Virus record (IMG/VR): IMGVR_UViG_3300045391_001467
Location: 1-64,000 of that record
Length of the DNA: 64,000 nucleotides
Reading direction: 5' to 3' (one strand)
From: a virus
Taxonomy: Duplodnaviria; Caudoviricetes
The notes below the pieces were generated by a model that saw nothing but the letters and a program-made list of their open reading frames with translations, was not told where the DNA came from and searched no databases. Below are positions 17,933 through 27,586 of this stretch, piece by piece. The stretch's first letter is position 1, and each line of letters begins with the position of its first letter. Both the position numbers and the translations under genes were made by a program.

Positions 17933-18280
17933 ATGAGTAATGATAATAAAGGCTCACAGCTATTGGTTGTCAAAGAGAATATCTGCTTTACAGAAGATGA
18001 GATTCAGTTAAGAAAACTTCTGAAGGAGCTGGATAAAGCTTCAAAAGAGGCCGTAGAGATTCTTTTGGAATGTGCCAAGAGTAGAGATGATAGAGTAAGA
18101 TTACAAGCTGCATCCAAGCTGATTGAGTTTAAAATTGATGTAACAGATAAGATAAACGCAGACAAGATACAGCGCATGATAGCAGAATTGAAGCTAAATG
18201 GTAAAAGCTCTAACGGCAGTTTAGTTCCGACATCAGCAACGCCTGTCGTAGATTTCACTAAGATTAGAACTATCGAGTAG
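17933..18280 (+). CDS. Probable terminase small subunit
   Basis: Helical 115-aa protein, first gene of the packaging operon upstream of terL. Positional inference. Confidence 0.55.
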   Translation: MSNDNKGSQLLVVKENICFTEDEIQLRKLLKELDKASKEAVEILLECAKSRDDRVRLQAASKLIEFKIDVTDKINADKIQRMIAELKLNGKSSNGSLVPTSATPVVDFTKIRTIE

Positions 18281-18295
18281 AAGAATGTAATCATA

Positions 18296-18371
18296 GCCGA
18301 TTTAGCTCAGAAGGTAGAGCAACTCTTTTGTAATGAGAAGGTCGTGGGTTCAATTCCTTCAATCGGCACCA
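18296..18371 (+). tRNA. tRNA-Thr (UGU), encoded CCA
   Basis: 76 nt; acceptor GCCGATT/AATCGGC, D-arm GCTC/GAGC, anticodon loop TTTGTAA, T-loop TTCAATT, 3' ACCA. Confidence 0.9.
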
Positions 18372-18446
18372 ACGTTTTGTGGAGAGGGAGTCTATTTTGA
18401 GACTCCATAGTATAAGGCATGGTAGCGTGGCCTTATGCACAAATTC

Positions 18447-18487
18447 ATAGCCCTGTTTAGAGTGATCTGAGCAGGGCTATTTTGTTT
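18447..18487 (+). terminator. Intrinsic terminator-like hairpin between the tRNA and terL
   Basis: 14-bp stem ATAGCCCTGTTTAG / CTGAGCAGGGCTAT (two G-U) followed by TTTGTTT. Confidence 0.6.
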
Positions 18488-18630
18488 AGTGGCTTTAAAA
18501 CACCATATCCGAGTGCTCACATCCTGTTTTGGGTATGATGCTTTAAAGTTATTTTAATAAAAATAACAACATTAAGGAGGTTTGATGAGAGGAAAGTTGA
18601 GTAAAGATGGCATAGGAAAAAGGTCATCAT

Positions 18631-20049
18631 ATGAGTGAATTAAACTTTGGCCCATCTTCTGAATGCCATAAAGTATTTTTGGATTGTAAGAGTAAATTTA
18701 TAATTTTCGGTGGTGGAGCAGGTTGCGGAAAGAGTCACCAAGCGTTACTATTAGTTTTGAAGTACAAAGATGATAAAAACTTCAGGGGAGTTTTTATACG
18801 TCAAACAAGTACACAGTTGTCGCAAGCTGGAGGCTTGTTTCAAGAAGCACAAGAAATGTGGAAGTGGTTTGGGGCGAAGTTTAGAGTTCACCCTCAAATG
18901 ACAGCTACATTCCCATCCGGTGCTCAAGTGCAGTTTAAAGTTTGTGGTTCAGACAGGGATATCTCTAACTACGATGGTGGACAATACTCGCTAGTTGTAT
19001 TTGATGAAGCACAACATCATTCAGAAATACAAATTAAATACCTAGAGTCACGGATAAGATCAAAAGCCCAAGGCCCACATCAATTAATTGCAACTTGTAA
19101 TCCAAAACGTGATAGTTATTTATACCAGTTTGTAAGGCCATACTTAGACATAGAAACAGGTATCCCAAAGAAAGAGGAATTTGCTAAAGAGAGGTATTAT
19201 GCCACATACAACGGTTTGACAGTTATTGGCGAGACTGCAGAAGAGTTAGTAGAAAAATATGGACCGAAAGTAAAACCTCAAACGTACACTTTTATTGCTG
19301 CGTCAATTGAAGACAATCCTATTATGCGCAAGATTAATCCGGCATATTATGATCGTCTTGAAAATTTAAGAAGTTCTGAAAGAGCAAGACTACTACTAGG
19401 GTCTTGGCATGTGCAGGATACGACTGGCGGTTTTTGGAAGTCTGAGTGGGTGCCTATTGTAGACAAATACCCTACTGATATCGTCCGGGAAGTGCGTTCT
19501 TGGGACTTGGCGGCATCTGTGCCCACAGAAACTTATCGTGATCCTGATTATACTTGTGGTGTAAAGATAGGTCGTTCAAGAGAAGGTATTTATTACATTT
19601 TAGACGCTTATCGTTTCAGGAAGCTTTCTGATGGGGTTGTTAAAGAGATAATTAAAACAGCAGCAGAGGACGGTGACGATTGTTTAGTCACAATGCCTGT
19701 AGATATGGCAGCTGGCGGAAAAATTGCTGCCTCCTTCCTTAGAAAGACTTTTGCGGAGGCAGGCCTACATGTTAAGGGTATACCGACGACAGGTCACGGA
19801 AGTAAGTTGAAACGCTTTTTACCCTTTTGTACACTTTGCGAAAGTGGTGCTGTGAGAATGCTTAAGGGAGAATGGAATGAGTGGTACAAAGACGAGTTGA
19901 GTGTTTTTACGGGAGGTAGGACGGGCACTCATGATGATGCTGTTGATGCAACATCAGACGCAGCCAATGAGGTTATGCGGCAGCTCTCCGTCCCCGCTTT
20001 CTCCATTCCCGACCTTTCAAAACCAAGCCAAATCCCTTCAGTGAGATAA
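18631..20049 (+). CDS. terL: Terminase large subunit
   Basis: Walker A GGGAGCGKS, Walker B VVFDEAQH, ATCNP, nuclease motifs SWDLA and HDDAVDA. Confidence 0.95.
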   Translation: MSELNFGPSSECHKVFLDCKSKFIIFGGGAGCGKSHQALLLVLKYKDDKNFRGVFIRQTSTQLSQAGGLFQEAQEMWKWFGAKFRVHPQMTATFPSGAQVQFKVCGSDRDISNYDGGQYSLVVFDEAQHHSEIQIKYLESRIRSKAQGPHQLIATCNPKRDSYLYQFVRPYLDIETGIPKKEEFAKERYYATYNGLTVIGETAEELVEKYGPKVKPQTYTFIAASIEDNPIMRKINPAYYDRLENLRSSERARLLLGSWHVQDTTGGFWKSEWVPIVDKYPTDIVREVRSWDLAASVPTETYRDPDYTCGVKIGRSREGIYYILDAYRFRKLSDGVVKEIIKTAAEDGDDCLVTMPVDMAAGGKIAASFLRKTFAEAGLHVKGIPTTGHGSKLKRFLPFCTLCESGAVRMLKGEWNEWYKDELSVFTGGRTGTHDDAVDATSDAANEVMRQLSVPAFSIPDLSKPSQIPSVR

Positions 20050-20069
20050 AACTAGACATTTTAATCATA

Positions 20070-20103
20070 AAGTATTGACAAAATACAATACTTGTGATAT
20101 AAT
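20070..20103 (+). promoter_or_regulatory. Sigma70 promoter upstream of portal with operator-like IR over the -35
   Basis: TTGACA(20075)-17 bp-TATAAT(20098); AAGTATTG-N8-CAATACTT inverted repeat. Confidence 0.8.
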
Positions 20104-20130
20104 CTACTTAATTAAAAGGAGCAGACAATA

Positions 20131-21639
20131 ATGCCTTCAGAGCAAACGCCAGAAGAGGGCGTTAATGCTGCTTTGCAGCCTGATAAGGGGGCAGTAATCC
20201 CCCGTCTCAAATTATCCGAAACTGGATATCTTAATCTAAAAACACGTAACGGTAGAATACTAGAGGATGCAAATTTTGCATTCCGAATGCCGAATTTATG
20301 CAAAGTGGTGGATGAGATGAAAATCTCCCCTCCCGTTGCTATTGGCTTGAATGCTTTGCGAATGCTCATAAATAGAGCTGAAGTTTACGTTGAACCATTT
20401 GATGATACACCAAAACATAAGCAACGTGCTAAATTTCTTGAGTCTTGCCTGAATGACATGGAGTCTTCATGGCAAACCACTATGAAGAGTTTCTTCCCTT
20501 TTTTGGAATATGGGCATCACGTTAGTGAAAAAGTATTCCGAAGGCGTCTTAAGTCTAATGGGAGCAAGTATAACGATGGCCTTGTAGGTGTCAAGGCTTT
20601 AAAACCACGCCCACAACATTCCATAGAAAAATGGAATTTTAGTGAAGATGGTAGGACTCTTGTAGGTCTTTCACAGAATATTACATCATTAGAAAACTCT
20701 TATAGGTTCAAGGCACTAACAAATGAAGATGGCCTTATAGAGATTCCTCGGGAGAAATTTCTTCTATTCCGTGCAGATGCAGTAGGGGATAATCCAGAGG
20801 GCAACAGCATATTAAAGGCAGCTTATTTAGCGTTTAAGCAGCTTTCACTGCTTACTGACCACATGCTAATAGGGGTGGCTAAAGATACTCAAGGGCTGCC
20901 CTTAGTACAGATTCCACCACAGTATATGTCAGAAACAGCTAGTGATTATGAAAAAGATGTATATAGCGCTTGCAAAACTGTGGTGGACAATTTAGCTGCT
21001 GGGACACAGAGGGGCATCGTATTTCCATTGGCATATGATCCTGAATCTAAAGCAGAGATGTTTAAAGTATCTCTTTTAGAGTCTAAAGGAGGTAAAGCTT
21101 ACGATGTTCTTGCGATTATAAAAGTCTTACAAGCAAACATCTTGAGTGTGTTGTCTTGCGATGCTGTAACTATGAGCGTTGATCAAGCCGGTTCCTTGAG
21201 TCTACAAGATGGTGACACTAACCTACTAGCTTTATCTGTTGCTTATCGTTTAGGAGAGATTGCAGATACTCTTAATACAGATTTGGTTAGGCAATTATGG
21301 GAGCTTAACGGCTTTGATACTGCAGAAATGCCTAAGATAAAGTTTAAAGATGTATCAGGTGTTAGCCTAGAAGAGTTTTCTAAGTTTATTCAGCGTGTGT
21401 TCAGCGTTGGTGGCATGGAAGTTGACAGAGTTGTTTTGAATAAGATTCGTGAGGTTGGTGGGTTTGATCTTAAACCAGATGATGAGCCGATTGACTATGA
21501 AAATCTATCAACAACTTTAGCTGGGAAAGCAACTTCAGCAGGGGAAGGTATGGAGGTAGGGACAGTCGGGGATGGTACTTCTAAAACTGCTGTAGGGAAA
21601 AAGGATAACTCGGCTGCTAACAATGAAAATAAAGCGTAA
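20131..21639 (+). CDS. Portal protein
   Basis: 502 aa directly after terL; GHHVSEKV and NPEGNSILKAAY patterns of phage portals. Confidence 0.85.
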   Translation: MPSEQTPEEGVNAALQPDKGAVIPRLKLSETGYLNLKTRNGRILEDANFAFRMPNLCKVVDEMKISPPVAIGLNALRMLINRAEVYVEPFDDTPKHKQRAKFLESCLNDMESSWQTTMKSFFPFLEYGHHVSEKVFRRRLKSNGSKYNDGLVGVKALKPRPQHSIEKWNFSEDGRTLVGLSQNITSLENSYRFKALTNEDGLIEIPREKFLLFRADAVGDNPEGNSILKAAYLAFKQLSLLTDHMLIGVAKDTQGLPLVQIPPQYMSETASDYEKDVYSACKTVVDNLAAGTQRGIVFPLAYDPESKAEMFKVSLLESKGGKAYDVLAIIKVLQANILSVLSCDAVTMSVDQAGSLSLQDGDTNLLALSVAYRLGEIADTLNTDLVRQLWELNGFDTAEMPKIKFKDVSGVSLEEFSKFIQRVFSVGGMEVDRVVLNKIREVGGFDLKPDDEPIDYENLSTTLAGKATSAGEGMEVGTVGDGTSKTAVGKKDNSAANNENKA

Positions 21640-21647
21640 GGAGTGCT

Positions 21648-22487
21648 ATGGCACATAAATTATATCGTCTTCTTGACTCTGTGTACAACACTCCACACTT
21701 GGTTACAGAAGCAGCATTAAAACCTATTGTAGAATATTTACAAAATAGAAACTCAGATGTTCCGACATCATTTGCTATTGTATCAGATGCGAAGACAGTA
21801 GATGAGCAGAAGGCTGAAACTGTAAATAATATTGGAGAAATTCAGATTGATGGTGTTTTGACTTATAAGCCAATTCAAGGTATGTGTGGCCCTGTGGGAG
21901 TTAGCTATCAAGGCATACTAGAACAGGCTACAGAACTGATTGAGATGGGTGTTGACACTATAGTTCTCACTCATTCAAGTCCGGGAGGTCAAGCAGCTCA
22001 TTGCTTTTCTACTGCTTTAGATTTAAGAGATATGTGTGATGAAAATGATATTCGTCTAATTTCATACATCGACACTCTCTCAGCTTCAGCCTCTCTAGCT
22101 TTAGGTGTTGTTGCAGATGAAGTGATTATTCATCCTAGCGCCTCAACAGGCTCTATTGGCTGCGTGTGCTGCATTGTTGATCAAAGTAAAGCCTTAGAAA
22201 AAGCAGGACTTAAGCCTATCTATGTAGCATCTACTCCCGGTAAAACCCCATTTCAAGAGGATGGAAGTTTTTCAAAAGAGTTCCTAGCAGAATTACAAGA
22301 AGACGTAACTAGGTTAGGGAATCAGTTTGCTGGCCATGTTTCTAGTTTTACTGGAATCCCCGTTGACGAGATTATTGCAATGGATGCCAAAATGTTTCAT
22401 GCAGACAAGGCGCTTGAGCTAGGGTTAGTAAATAAGATTATGGATCATAAACAATTCGCCAAATATTTGGCAGAGTCTACGAGGTAA
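21648..22487 (+). CDS. Prohead maturation protease, S49/SppA family
   Basis: SSPGG, SASASLAL catalytic Ser region, TGSIG, ALELGLV. Confidence 0.88.
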   Translation: MAHKLYRLLDSVYNTPHLVTEAALKPIVEYLQNRNSDVPTSFAIVSDAKTVDEQKAETVNNIGEIQIDGVLTYKPIQGMCGPVGVSYQGILEQATELIEMGVDTIVLTHSSPGGQAAHCFSTALDLRDMCDENDIRLISYIDTLSASASLALGVVADEVIIHPSASTGSIGCVCCIVDQSKALEKAGLKPIYVASTPGKTPFQEDGSFSKEFLAELQEDVTRLGNQFAGHVSSFTGIPVDEIIAMDAKMFHADKALELGLVNKIMDHKQFAKYLAESTR

Positions 22488-22489
22488 TA

Positions 22490-22990
22490 ATGCTGAAGCA
22501 TTTACAAAAATTTTTAAAAACAGAGATAACCGAGCAAAAAGAGTCTGAAGAAATTGTAGCACAAGAAAGCAATCGAACAGAAGACCTTTCGGCTGAATAT
22601 CAAAAAATTGTAGAACAGTTAGAAAGTAAGTTAGCAGATATTTCAGCTAAGTACGAACAAGCTGTACAAGACCTAGCTAAGGCAGAGGCTGCAAAAGTTA
22701 AGTTAGAAACTGAAGCAAAACTTAAAAAAACCGCTGCTCGGCAAGAAAGAGTTTTTGCCGTTATTGGTGAGAATGAAAAAGCCACAAAATTGCTGTCTGC
22801 TACAGAAGAAATGGAAGATGCTCAGTTTGAGGCTATTGTATCAGCCTTAGCAGGGTCAGTTGAAAAAGAAGCTAATTCCAATATGTTTAAAGAAGTAGGT
22901 GTAAGTTCAGAAGCAACTCCTACTGAAATTGACCCCGTAAAAAAACTTGCAGCAAAGATGGCTGCGCAATTTAAACAAATTAAGGATTAA
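22490..22990 (+). CDS. Capsid scaffolding protein
   Basis: Charged coiled coil between protease and head decoration genes. Confidence 0.65.
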   Translation: MLKHLQKFLKTEITEQKESEEIVAQESNRTEDLSAEYQKIVEQLESKLADISAKYEQAVQDLAKAEAAKVKLETEAKLKKTAARQERVFAVIGENEKATKLLSATEEMEDAQFEAIVSALAGSVEKEANSNMFKEVGVSSEATPTEIDPVKKLAAKMAAQFKQIKD

Positions 22991-22995
22991 ATAAA

Positions 22996-23694
22996 ATGAC
23001 AGTTATCGCAACGTCAACCCAAGCGTACAGCAATCTTGTAAAGCGTGAGCAATGGGCTGAATATGGGTATTGCAAAAAAGTAGTTATTGTAAATCAAAGT
23101 GCTGCAACATTGGCTGTAGGCTCAGTTTTGGGTTCTTTTATTGCTTCTCCGGTAGGAACTGCTGGCGCAGTAGTTGGTACAGGCAATGGCGCAATGGGCG
23201 CTATTACCATGACATCTAATAAAGATTTGGTACTAGGCACCTATACTCTAAAAATCGTTAAAGCAGTTGCTAATGCAGGTGATTTTGTTCTGCTAGACCC
23301 TAACGGAAAAGTAGTAGGTAACGGGCAAGTTGGGACAGCATTTAGTCAGGCGGGATTCGCATTTACCCTTGCAGATGGAGCAACTGACTTTGTAGCAGGT
23401 GATTATATCCCTATTGTAGTAACAGGTACAGTTAAATACAAGCTGGTTGAAGCTACCGCTACTGATGGTACTGAAGTTGCAAGAGTTGTGTTGGTTGGTG
23501 ATAGCACTGGTAAGCCCCTATCTGTAACCGTTGCTGCCAACACTGATACCAACGTTTTGGTTATCTACCGTGGGCCAGTTGGTGTAGCTGATGATGCGCT
23601 CGCTTATGGAGCCTCTGTGAACACTGCCGACGAAATTGCTACTGCTGAAGCTCAACTTGAAGCCGCTGGCATTGATGTTCTCACACAAATCTAA
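22996..23694 (+). CDS. Head decoration protein (lambda gpD-like with inserted beta domain)
   Basis: LAVGSVLG, TDGTEVARVVL and RGPVGV patterns; position before the major capsid gene. Confidence 0.75.
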   Translation: MTVIATSTQAYSNLVKREQWAEYGYCKKVVIVNQSAATLAVGSVLGSFIASPVGTAGAVVGTGNGAMGAITMTSNKDLVLGTYTLKIVKAVANAGDFVLLDPNGKVVGNGQVGTAFSQAGFAFTLADGATDFVAGDYIPIVVTGTVKYKLVEATATDGTEVARVVLVGDSTGKPLSVTVAANTDTNVLVIYRGPVGVADDALAYGASVNTADEIATAEAQLEAAGIDVLTQI

Positions 23695-23760
23695 TGGTTG
23701 TCTCTGACAACATCTTGCCCCTTCATGGGGCAATTCTTTGACAATTAAGGAAAATAAATA

Positions 23761-24795
23761 ATGCTAGTTCGTAGCCCAAGTAACAATTTTGATGTCGTTG
23801 ATCTGACATCAGCAGTACGTAACATCCCTATTCAATATGGTACTTTCAATCAACTTGGAATCTTCCGTGAGGAACCTGTTGCTAGTGATACAGTACTATT
23901 CGAGGAATCCACCCAAGACGGTGCATTGATTGTTGACCGTGTGCGTGGTGAGAGAAACACAGTATCTAAAGATGGCACTCGCAAACTGCACTCATTTGTA
24001 GTTCCTCACTTTCCATTGGATGATTATATTTCTCCAAAGGATTTGCAAAATAAATCCGCATACGATAATTTCGACGAAGCAGAAATGCTTGAAAAAGTAC
24101 GGATGCGCAAGCTTACCCGTTTGCGTCAAAATCATGACTGGACGCTCAACAAGGCACGTGCCCAAGCGCTCTTTTCTGCTACCGCATATGCTCCTAACGG
24201 GACAGTAAGCCAAAACTGGAATACTGAGTTTGATGTTACTCGTACTGCAGTGGACTTTGATCTTGGTGATGCTACTACAGAAGTTTTGGAAAAGATTGAA
24301 GCTGTAATTCAAGCAGTCCATGACGGCATGGGTGGAAACGGTGTTTTCACAGGTATTATTATCCCATGTGATACTACATTTTTCAATTCATTGATTAAAC
24401 ATGCTTCTGTGCAGAATGCATACAAGTATGCACAAGCAAACAAAGTAGGTCAAGACCCAATGCGGGGTCGCCTCACTGCTGATGGCTCTCCTATGCAGAA
24501 TGGTCGAGAATTCAGTTTTGGTGGCGTTACTTTCCGTGAAGTGCGCGATAGCTACAATGGCTCTAGTATTGTTACGTCTAATGAAGGTGTTGCAGTGCCA
24601 ATGGGTTCTGATATGTTTGTAACCTATTTTGCACCAGCAGAGCGTTTTGGATTGGTGAATACTCTTGGCGAGCAAATGTATGCTTTTGAGCAAGCTGATC
24701 CAAAGGCCACTAAGATTGAGATTGAAACTGAATCCAATCATATTTCGGCTCTTCTGCGTCCGCAGGCTGTTGTTCGTTGCCATACAAGCACATAA
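23761..24795 (+). CDS. Major capsid protein (lambda gpE-like)
   Basis: 344 aa; VPHFPLDDYI and FAPAE...VNTLG...ETESN patterns of the phage capsid E family. Confidence 0.9.
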   Translation: MLVRSPSNNFDVVDLTSAVRNIPIQYGTFNQLGIFREEPVASDTVLFEESTQDGALIVDRVRGERNTVSKDGTRKLHSFVVPHFPLDDYISPKDLQNKSAYDNFDEAEMLEKVRMRKLTRLRQNHDWTLNKARAQALFSATAYAPNGTVSQNWNTEFDVTRTAVDFDLGDATTEVLEKIEAVIQAVHDGMGGNGVFTGIIIPCDTTFFNSLIKHASVQNAYKYAQANKVGQDPMRGRLTADGSPMQNGREFSFGGVTFREVRDSYNGSSIVTSNEGVAVPMGSDMFVTYFAPAERFGLVNTLGEQMYAFEQADPKATKIEIETESNHISALLRPQAVVRCHTST

Positions 24796-24816
24796 AACAA
24801 AGTAGTCTTCTAATTG

Positions 24817-24840
24817 AAGCCCTTATTTGAGGGCTTTGTT
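24817..24840 (+). terminator. Terminator after the capsid gene
   Basis: AAGCCCT-TATTTG-AGGGCTT followed by TGTT. Confidence 0.65.
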
Positions 24841-24872
24841 GAGGGGATTATAAATTAATATGAGGATATTTT

Positions 24873-25340
24873 ATGGCAGTTGATTATTCTACTGATATTG
24901 GAAGAGTTAGGTTGAGGGTTGCAGATATCAGCGATATTCCTTACCTACCTGATGCAGTCTACACTCAGTATATTGAAGATGCTGGCGGAAACCTCCCTCA
25001 AGCTGCAAAAAACATTGCTTGTGTTATTTTAGGTTTGTTGTCTTTTAAAACACATAAGAAGCTTTCTCAACTTGAGGTATGGGGGAGTGATGCATTTAAG
25101 CAGTATAAAGAGTTTTTGATTCTTACAACAAAAGACCCTAGCTATATGCAGCTAGCTCCTATTCCATACTCATCTTCAGGAACGGATGTGCATCCATTGA
25201 TACAGTTCTCTCAAGATTGGAATAAAAACTATTGCTCAACTCAAAGCCAAAAACTAGCTTTTGATGCCTCAATTAGCCCCAATGATGGTTCAACTGAGGG
25301 TATTTATGGGAACTCTATCGATGGATATACACTGTCATGA
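24873..25340 (+). CDS. Head-tail adaptor
   Basis: IGRVRLRVAD N-terminus; position after the capsid gene. Confidence 0.65.
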   Translation: MAVDYSTDIGRVRLRVADISDIPYLPDAVYTQYIEDAGGNLPQAAKNIACVILGLLSFKTHKKLSQLEVWGSDAFKQYKEFLILTTKDPSYMQLAPIPYSSSGTDVHPLIQFSQDWNKNYCSTQSQKLAFDASISPNDGSTEGIYGNSIDGYTLS

Positions 25341-25732
25341 GTTCTTCTGAAATTTTTGATCTTGCAGTAGCAGAATTGATGGATGAGTTTGGGTTTCTAG
25401 CTACTTATATGCAAGGCACTGGTACTTATAATCCGAGCACAGGGGTAAATAACATATCCTATAGAGAAATACAAGTCCAAGCTATTCAGATGGACTTGAA
25501 TCTCAGGAGTAATGGGGTCAGTGTAGGGCAAGGGACGTTGATACAAGACGGAGACAAGCAGTTATTTATTAGACCTCCAAATAAAACTGATACAGATTCT
25601 GATCCAATCACAATAAACCCTGAGGCAGATAAGATTAAAATTAATAACACTGTCTGGAGAATCCTTACTTCTAAGGAAATCAATACCGATGCATCCAATC
25701 AAATACTGTTTGAGTTGTATATAAGACGCTAG
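25337..25732 (+). CDS. Head closure protein
   Basis: GTYNPSTG and IQDGDKQL patterns; position. Confidence 0.6.
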   Translation: MSSSEIFDLAVAELMDEFGFLATYMQGTGTYNPSTGVNNISYREIQVQAIQMDLNLRSNGVSVGQGTLIQDGDKQLFIRPPNKTDTDSDPITINPEADKIKINNTVWRILTSKEINTDASNQILFELYIRR

Positions 25733-25737
25733 GTATA

Positions 25738-25766
25738 TTGACAAAATACAAGTATTGTGGTATAAT
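25738..25766 (+). promoter_or_regulatory. Sigma70 promoter inside the neck gene cluster
   Basis: TTGACA-17 bp-TATAAT; shares TATTGACAAAATACAA (16 bp) with the portal promoter. Confidence 0.8.
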
Positions 25767-25786
25767 ATTTAAGTCGAGAAACTAAT

Positions 25787-26221
25787 ATGGGCAGTTTTGC
25801 GGATTCAGTAAGAGCGAATTGTCAAAAGATTATACAAGAAGTAGATAAGAAATGCTACTTCATTGTAAATCAGTTATTCACAAGTATTGTAAACCTTTCC
25901 CCCTCTCCTAGCAACCCCGGTGAAACTGCAAAAGGACTATTGGCTAACCAATGGTATCCTCAAATCGGTACAACACCTTCCACCACTTTAACTTCTGCAA
26001 CATCTCCTTATGGGGTTAGTAGTTTGGCAAGAATAAAATCTTTAGAAAATCAAAAGATATTCTACGCTAAAGATGGCGCTGTTACTTTGACAAACAATGT
26101 TCCTTACATCTTGTTAGCAGAAAAACTAGGCTGGAGGGGAGAGCATTGGTCGGGAAATGTTGGGCCTTATCGGATGGTAGAAAGAAGCTTTATAAAGATA
26201 AAGGAGATGACTAGGCAATGA
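25787..26221 (+). CDS. Neck/tail completion protein (HK97 gp10-like)
   Basis: TLTNNVPY...LAE...GPYRMV pattern; position. Confidence 0.6.
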   Translation: MGSFADSVRANCQKIIQEVDKKCYFIVNQLFTSIVNLSPSPSNPGETAKGLLANQWYPQIGTTPSTTLTSATSPYGVSSLARIKSLENQKIFYAKDGAVTLTNNVPYILLAEKLGWRGEHWSGNVGPYRMVERSFIKIKEMTRQ

Positions 26222-26625
26222 CAATATCGGCTGTAAGAGCTTACTTTGAAACAGCATTGAATACTTGGGCAACATCTCAATCTCCTGCAATACCTATTTC
26301 TTTTGAAAATACCCCATTTACAAAACCTTCTAGTGGGAATTTTCTGGAATGCTTTTTACTCCCTGCTTCAACTTTAGCTAGAACGGTCGGAGCTAATAAA
26401 GAAAGAGAAGTGGGAATATTTCAAGTAAATATTTGGACTCCTAATGGCGTTGGGACAGGTGATGTAATGTCAGTTGCAGAGGATATTGTTTCCCTATTTC
26501 CAATAGTGCCAAAAGTAGGCAGCGTTTCAATTGATAAAGCCCCTTCTATTGAAAGGGCTATTTTAGATACAAGTGGTTGGTATGTATTACCAATCATATT
26601 TCATTATCGCCATGAAAATTATTAA
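26218..26625 (+). CDS. Tail terminator protein
   Basis: ISFENTPF...GIFQVNIWTPNGVG pattern; precedes the tail tube genes. Confidence 0.65.
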   Translation: MTISAVRAYFETALNTWATSQSPAIPISFENTPFTKPSSGNFLECFLLPASTLARTVGANKEREVGIFQVNIWTPNGVGTGDVMSVAEDIVSLFPIVPKVGSVSIDKAPSIERAILDTSGWYVLPIIFHYRHENY

Positions 26626-26635
26626 GGAATAACAG

Positions 26636-26980
26636 ATGGCAACTCTTGCCCAAACCAGCGTTAATCAAGCTGGCCCGTTTACACCAACTAAACTTGCGTT
26701 GGGTGCAAGCGATACATTCACATTCACATCGGGTAGCAATCAGCTACTAATTTTATATAACACCACAGCTAGCCCGGTTGTTGTGACCTTAGATGGGTCA
26801 GGCGGAACTACTGTAACAATTCCTAACACCGGACAAACTTATGATGTCTCAGCAGGTTTGGCTATTACTGTTCCAGCTAACGCTTTTAAAGCAGTACGTT
26901 TAGATACTATATCCGCATATTGTGCTGGAACAATCGCTTTAACTGGTGGAACCGGCGTTCATGCTTGTCTGCTTGGTTAA
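26636..26980 (+). CDS. Small beta-rich virion protein (tail-associated, inferred)
   Basis: T/G/A-rich 114 aa between terminator and tail tube genes. Confidence 0.5.
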   Translation: MATLAQTSVNQAGPFTPTKLALGASDTFTFTSGSNQLLILYNTTASPVVVTLDGSGGTTVTIPNTGQTYDVSAGLAITVPANAFKAVRLDTISAYCAGTIALTGGTGVHACLLG

Positions 26981-27005
26981 TTAAAGTATTTTAAAGGATA
27001 ATTAG

Positions 27006-27443
27006 ATGACAATTCAAAGTACAGCCGGAAGTACTATCTCGATTGGCGCGGCTCCAGCAACGTATGATGCAGCAGGTTTTGGTGCGGTATCTTACACAGA
27101 AATTGGTGAGGTAAATGATCTAGGTGAGTTTAGCCTTGCAACATACAATGAGATTAAGGCTAATAGCGTAGGAAATCGGAGAGTTAGCAAGCTAAAAGGT
27201 TCCTATGAAAATGGAACAATGACTGTCAAAGTTAATCTCGATAGTGATGATACAGGTCAAACTGCTGCCAAGACAGCCCTAGATTCTGATGCAGATCATT
27301 CTGTCAAGATTGTTTTACAAGATGGCTCAATTTACTATGTGGCAGCTAAGGTGATGAGCTTCAAGATTTCTCTAGGAGGTGTTGATAACATTACGATGGG
27401 AACCATTGATCTAGCACTAAACTCTGATGTTGTGGAAGCATAA
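27006..27443 (+). CDS. Major tail tube protein
   Basis: YTEIGEVNDLGE, KLKGSYENG, DSDDTGQ; followed by terminator and chaperone genes. Confidence 0.8.
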   Translation: MTIQSTAGSTISIGAAPATYDAAGFGAVSYTEIGEVNDLGEFSLATYNEIKANSVGNRRVSKLKGSYENGTMTVKVNLDSDDTGQTAAKTALDSDADHSVKIVLQDGSIYYVAAKVMSFKISLGGVDNITMGTIDLALNSDVVEA

Positions 27444-27462
27444 TTCTCATTAATGAGAAAAG

Positions 27463-27490
27463 AAGCCCTCCATGAGAGGGTTTTTCTTTC
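27463..27490 (+). terminator. Terminator after the tail tube gene
   Basis: AAGCCCTC-CATGA-GAGGGTTT then TTCTTT. Confidence 0.75.
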
Positions 27491-27586
27491 TGTGCTTTTA
27501 TTGAAGAGTACAGAACGAAGTGAAAAGAAGCCTACGCAGATAGGCAATAACAAAACTTATTTAAATATCTATCTAAAGGAACTAAA

